DNA from: Eledone cirrhosa | Taxonomy: Eukaryota | Reading direction: 5' to 3' | DNA: 64,000 bases | Assembly: GCA_964016885.1 (NCBI GenBank) | Contig: OZ024749.1 | Location: 5,952,001-6,016,000, forward strand | Shown: piece by piece, positions 59,346-64,000 of the stretch | Layout: each line of letters begins with the position of its first letter | Position numbering within the stretch: the first letter of the stretch is position 1 | The notes under the pieces: model-generated | Seen by the model: the letters and a program-made list of their open reading frames with translations, nothing else | Database searches by the model: none | What the model was told of the DNA's origin: nothing | Made by a program: the position numbers and the translations under genes

Positions 59346-59485
59346 TGGTAAGAGCAGACCTCAGATCACTGGAGCTCACGGAGGAGATGACAGAGGACCG
59401 TGACAAGTGGAGAGATGCTGTTCTGAATAGGACCCATCCCACCCTTGCAAGCAGGGAAAAGCGGACGTAAAATGATGATGATGAG
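59346..59485 (+). mobile_element. RTE 3'-end fragment
   Basis: VRADLRSLELTEEMTEDRDKWRDAVL; ends CCCACCCTTGCAAGCAGGGAAAAGCGGACGTAAAATGATG. Confidence 0.82.
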
Positions 59486-59525
59486 GATATATATATACAT
59501 ACACACACACACATATATATATATA

Positions 59526-59710
59526 CAGACATTTTTTCCACTTCCACCTCGGCCGTCCCCTCAATCTATCTTATTTCTCATTCTTTCTTCTGATGAAGGA
59601 CTAGCGTCCGAAATGTTAAGACCCTCTTCCTGCTATAAAAAGCATTAACCTAATATATCCCTTCCATATACTCTACCGATTGTGTTGTTATTTCTGTTTA
59701 CCTATTACAT
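59526..59710 (+). mobile_element. ~220-bp HHR element copy (HHR 59586-59621)
   Basis: CTGATGA-A-GGAC TAGC GTCC-GAAA, perfect stem II. Confidence 0.82.
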
Positions 59711-60142
59711 ATATATATATATATACACAGATATACTTGTGTGTGTGTATATATATATATATGTGTGTGTGATATATATGTGTTTCTGTATATATATGTA
59801 TTTGTGTTTGTATATATATGTGTGTGTGTGTATATATACATATGTGTGTGTATATATATATATGTATGTGTGTGTATATATATGTGTGTGTGTATATATA
59901 TGTGTGTGTGTGTGTGTATATATATATATGTGTATGAGTGTGTGTGTATATATATATATGTGTGTGTGTATATATATATGTGTGTGTATATATATATATA
60001 TGTATGTATGAGTGTGTGTATATATATATGTGTGTGTATATATATATATATATGTGTGTATATATATATGTATGTGTGTGTACATATATATGTGTGTGTG
60101 TGTATATATATGTGTGTATGTATATATATGTATGAGTGTGTG

Positions 60143-60179
<37 letters not shown>

Positions 60180-60204
60180 ATGTATATATATGTATAAATG
60201 AGTG

Positions 60205-60236
<32 letters not shown>

Positions 60237-60249
60237 TGTGTGTATGGTG

Positions 60250-60510
60250 GAATTGTTACGATATTCAGCTATATGATTGTAAAGACGTGAGTTTGATGTG
60301 TGGCAGCATGTTCTGTCCTTGAGCAAGATACTTTATGTCACATTGCTCCAGTTGTATCTGTTAATTGAGTGGGGCCAGACCTCTCAGTCATGCTGAACCT
60401 CACTGAGAACTACGTTAAAGGTACATGTCAGTATGGAATGCTCAGACACTTGTACGTTAATTTCACGAGCAGGTTCTGGTAAAAAACGGGAGACTCACTG
60501 TAACTGATGG
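60250..60510 (+). mobile_element. Diverged SINE with B-type central segment and another tail
   Basis: TGTCCTTGAGCAAGATACTTTATGTCACATTGCTCCAGT. Confidence 0.55.
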
Positions 60511-61215
60511 AAAGGAAGAAGAAAAAACAAAAAAAAAACAAGAAAGATAGAAAAAAAGAAAAAAAGAAAAAAAAAGAAGAAAAAAAAAGAAGGAAAAAAA
60601 CAAGAAAAAAGAAGTAAAAAAAGAAGAAAAATGAAGAGGAAGGAAGGTTTAAGAGTGATAATGAGAGGAAGAAGAGTAGGAGGTGTATTAAGAGCAATAA
60701 GAGGAGGGAGAGTAGGAGTAGATGTTTTAATAGCAATAAAGGGTGGAGTAGGAGGTGTATTAAGAGCAACAACGAGGGGAGGAGATGCGAAAGCTGTAGA
60801 GGGGATGGAGATGTAAATTTTCATTTTATTTTTTTTTTTCACTTCACTTAGATTTTCATGGACCTATTTCCACCTTTTATTTATTTAAAAAAAAAAAAAA
60901 TTGTTTAAACAATAACGTATGGAACACCCCCCCCCCCTCTCCACTACCCCCCCCCCCCCCCCCCGGGGACAATAAAAAGATAAAATAGCAAAAAACAATT
61001 AGCAAAAGAAAAAGATTAAAAAACACAGATTACATCCTAGAAATATCAGTAATGTTGTACTGTGTTGAGTTGTGTTGTGTTGTGCTGTGTTATGGAGTCA
61101 TAATTCATTGTATTTGTAGCAGACGATTGAACATGATGAAATAAGACGTAATTTAATCAACAATTGTCTAGACAAACTACACATCAACACACACTTACAC
61201 AGTCACACATACATG

Positions 61216-61252
<37 letters not shown>

Positions 61253-61293
61253 GTATAAGTGTGTGTGTGTATATAGATTCACACATATAGGTG

Positions 61294-61329
<36 letters not shown>

Positions 61330-61479
61330 TGCACATATATGTGTGTGTATAAAATAACCAACATTTGGTGATACGTGAGTCCTGATTTAACCCATCTAAT
61401 CTCCCCAAAAAAACTAATATGTTTAACACAGGATTTTTAAACCAAACAAAACTTAAATGATAATATTATAAAAACATAT

Positions 61480-61542
<63 letters not shown>

Positions 61543-61586
61543 ATATATATATATATATAATATATATATATATATATAATATATAT

Positions 61587-61628
<42 letters not shown>

Positions 61629-61785
61629 CAATTAAATTAATACAGATATCCAAAGATTATTGGAAGTTACAAAAATTCATTCATAAGTATATATATATAA
61701 TAATAAAGCTAACAGAGCTAACCTCATACTGCCTGCTGGATAAGTGGAGTGTTATACACCCCTGATCCTTTCCCTAGCATACTAA

Positions 61786-61846
<61 letters not shown>

Positions 61847-62005
61847 TTCACTCTACGTGGCTGAATACAATAAATGTAATCTGAGTTTTTCAAATATTAA
61901 TAATAACATTCGATTCTTTTGCAAGTATGCAAACAGCCTGTTTATTAAAGCCATGTCAGTAGAATGAGCCCCTCATTCTCGCTCGTGTAGGCATGTAAAG
62001 AGAAA

Positions 62006-62047
62006 TGCAGACACTAATGTTTCTGGGTATTACCCTTCATCAGTACA
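62006..62047 (-). ncRNA. Compact type-I hammerhead motif
   Basis: TGTA-CTGATGA-A-GGGT AAT ACCC-A-GAAA-CATTAGTG-TC-TGCA. Confidence 0.75.
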
Positions 62048-62169
62048 GTTCACTGTTCACCTGCCAACTGTCTAGTTAAAATATATGAAGACTCATGAGT
62101 CTTTTTGGGGGAAGTGCGGTTATACTGTCTATGTGCTTCAGCTTTGGCCTGTACACGTCGAAAGTGGGG

Positions 62170-62351
62170 ACTTATTTTTTCAAATTCCAATCCGCCCGCC
62201 CCCTTAGTCTATCTTATTTCTCATTCTTTCTTCTGATGAAGGACTAGTGTCCGATACGTTAAGACCCTCTTCTTGCTATATCAAGCGTTAACCTAATATA
62301 TCCCTTCCATATATTATACCGATTGTGTTGTTATTTCTGTTCACCTTTTAC

Positions 62352-62352
<1 letters not shown>
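62170..62352 (+). mobile_element. ~220-bp HHR element copy (HHR 62229-62264, GAAA->GATA)
   Basis: Family match. Confidence 0.8.
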
Positions 62353-62394
<42 letters not shown>

Positions 62395-62544
62395 TACTAT
62401 ATATAGAGTTAAAAACTCAAACAGTCTTTTACAATTAAATAGCTCAAAGAAATATTTCCGAGCCGTGAAATGCAAATTAGCTAACTTGGTCATTTGCAAT
62501 ACAAACACTTATATACTTGTATTAGTGTTTATCATATATTCATT

Positions 62545-62611
<67 letters not shown>

Positions 62612-62751
62612 ATATACAAAAAGGAAGAACAGCATAATCGAAGCCAAACTAACGAATGCAGTTGGGATGTGCAGTTAAAGCACTCAATAAGGAATTTTAG
62701 CTTAGAGTTATAACATTACGTTTAGACAGCTATGTAAATTGACAGATATAC

Positions 62752-62798
<47 letters not shown>

Positions 62799-62889
62799 TG
62801 TGTGTGTGTGTGTGTATATGTGTGTTTGTGTATATATATGTATGTGTGTGTGTGTGTATATGTGTGTTTTTGTATATATATGTATATAT

Positions 62890-63200
62890 ATTGGCCTTGC
62901 AATCGAAAGGTTGGGAGTTCAATTCTCAGACCGGGTGATGTGTTGTTTCCTTGAGCAAGACACTTTATTCCACATTGCTCCAGTTTACTCAGCTGTAGAA
63001 ATGAGATGATAGGGACTGGGGTCCTTATCATTCCACTGTAAAGTGGTCGTGGAGGTTCCACGGCAAAAAAGCACCCAGCACTCACTGTAAATGAGGTTGG
63101 TGTTAGGAAGGGCATCCAGCTGTAGAAATCAAGCCAGAATCAGTTCCCATCCCACCCTTGCAAGCAGGGAAAAGTGGACGTAAAATGAAATGATGATGAA
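62890..63200 (+). mobile_element. SINE family B (5' end clipped)
   Basis: Family match with (GAT)n tail. Confidence 0.88.
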
Positions 63201-63284
63201 ATGATTCATCTAAATGAGATATATAATCACTGAGAGTGCACATATATATATATACATATATATATACATATAAATATATATATA

Positions 63285-63915
63285 TCATGTAAGTATCACA
63301 ACAATAAACACCCAATCCACACTGTAAAGTTGTCATGTAGGTATCACAACAAAAAGCACCCAGTCCACACTGTAAAGTGTTCATGTAGGTGTCACAACAA
63401 AAAGCACCCAGCCCACACTGTAAAGTGGTCATGTAGGTGTGACAACAAAAAGCACCCAGCCCACACTGTAAAGTGGTTGTGTAGGTGTCACAACAAAAAG
63501 CACCCAGCCCACACTGTAAAGTGGTCATGTAGATGTGACAACAAAAAGCACTCAGCCCACACTGTAAAGTGGTCATGTAGGTGTGACAACAAAAAGCACC
63601 CAGCCCACACTGTAAAGTGGTCATGTAGGTGTCACAACAAAAAGCACCCAGTCCACACTGTCAAGTGATCATGTAGGTGTCACAACAAAAAGCACCCAGT
63701 CCACACTGTCAAGTGATCATGTAGGTGTCATGACAAAAAACAACCAGTACTCACTGTAAATGAGGTTGGCGCTAGGAAGGGCATCCACCTGTAAAGACCA
63801 AGTCAAAATCAGTTCTGTATGAACCATACATCGTCACTTCACCTGGCATTGCTCACAACAGGATAACTCATCAAACCCATGCTAGCATGAAAGAATGGAT
63901 GTTAAATGGTGATGA
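63285..63915 (+). repeat. 48-bp minisatellite (~10 copies) followed by an RTE-type tail
   Basis: Unit CACACTGTAAAGTGGTCATGTAGGTGTCACAACAAAAAGCACCCAGCC, then GTTGGCGCTAGGAAGGGCATCC...CATGCTAGCATG. Confidence 0.93.
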
Positions 63916-64000
63916 TATATATATATATATTCACACACATATATGTGTGTGTGTGTGTGTTCATGTGTATGTGTGTGTGTGTGTACATTATTTATATATA

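Overview
Eukaryotic, very AT-rich, repeat-saturated DNA. The tRNA-derived SINEs, RTE tails and (TA)n density suggest a coleoid cephalopod, probably an octopus (inferred from repeat content only). I cannot recognise any host protein-coding gene. Nearly all listed ORFs are microsatellite or minisatellite artefacts or decayed transposon fragments: RTE, Dong/R4 and CRE-like LINEs, and a DD37D/maT transposase. The window also holds several SINE families, a Tc1/mariner-type non-autonomous element, piggyBac-type MITEs and two Helitron-like elements. The most striking unexplained layer is about 15 or more minimal type-I hammerhead ribozyme (HHR) motifs from many unrelated sequence families. Most have palindromic stem III, some have a CCGANGA core, and they sit in short elements mostly next to (TA)n runs, often arranged as long foldbacks. 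These are most likely Penelope-like pseudo-LTR remnants or non-autonomous derivatives. Other notable structures are a 3.9-kb block bounded by a 31-bp direct repeat, a two-SINE composite inside a single target-site duplication (TSD), and a 48-bp RTE/SINE module independently amplified into three minisatellites. Coordinates were read by eye and may be off by a few bases.
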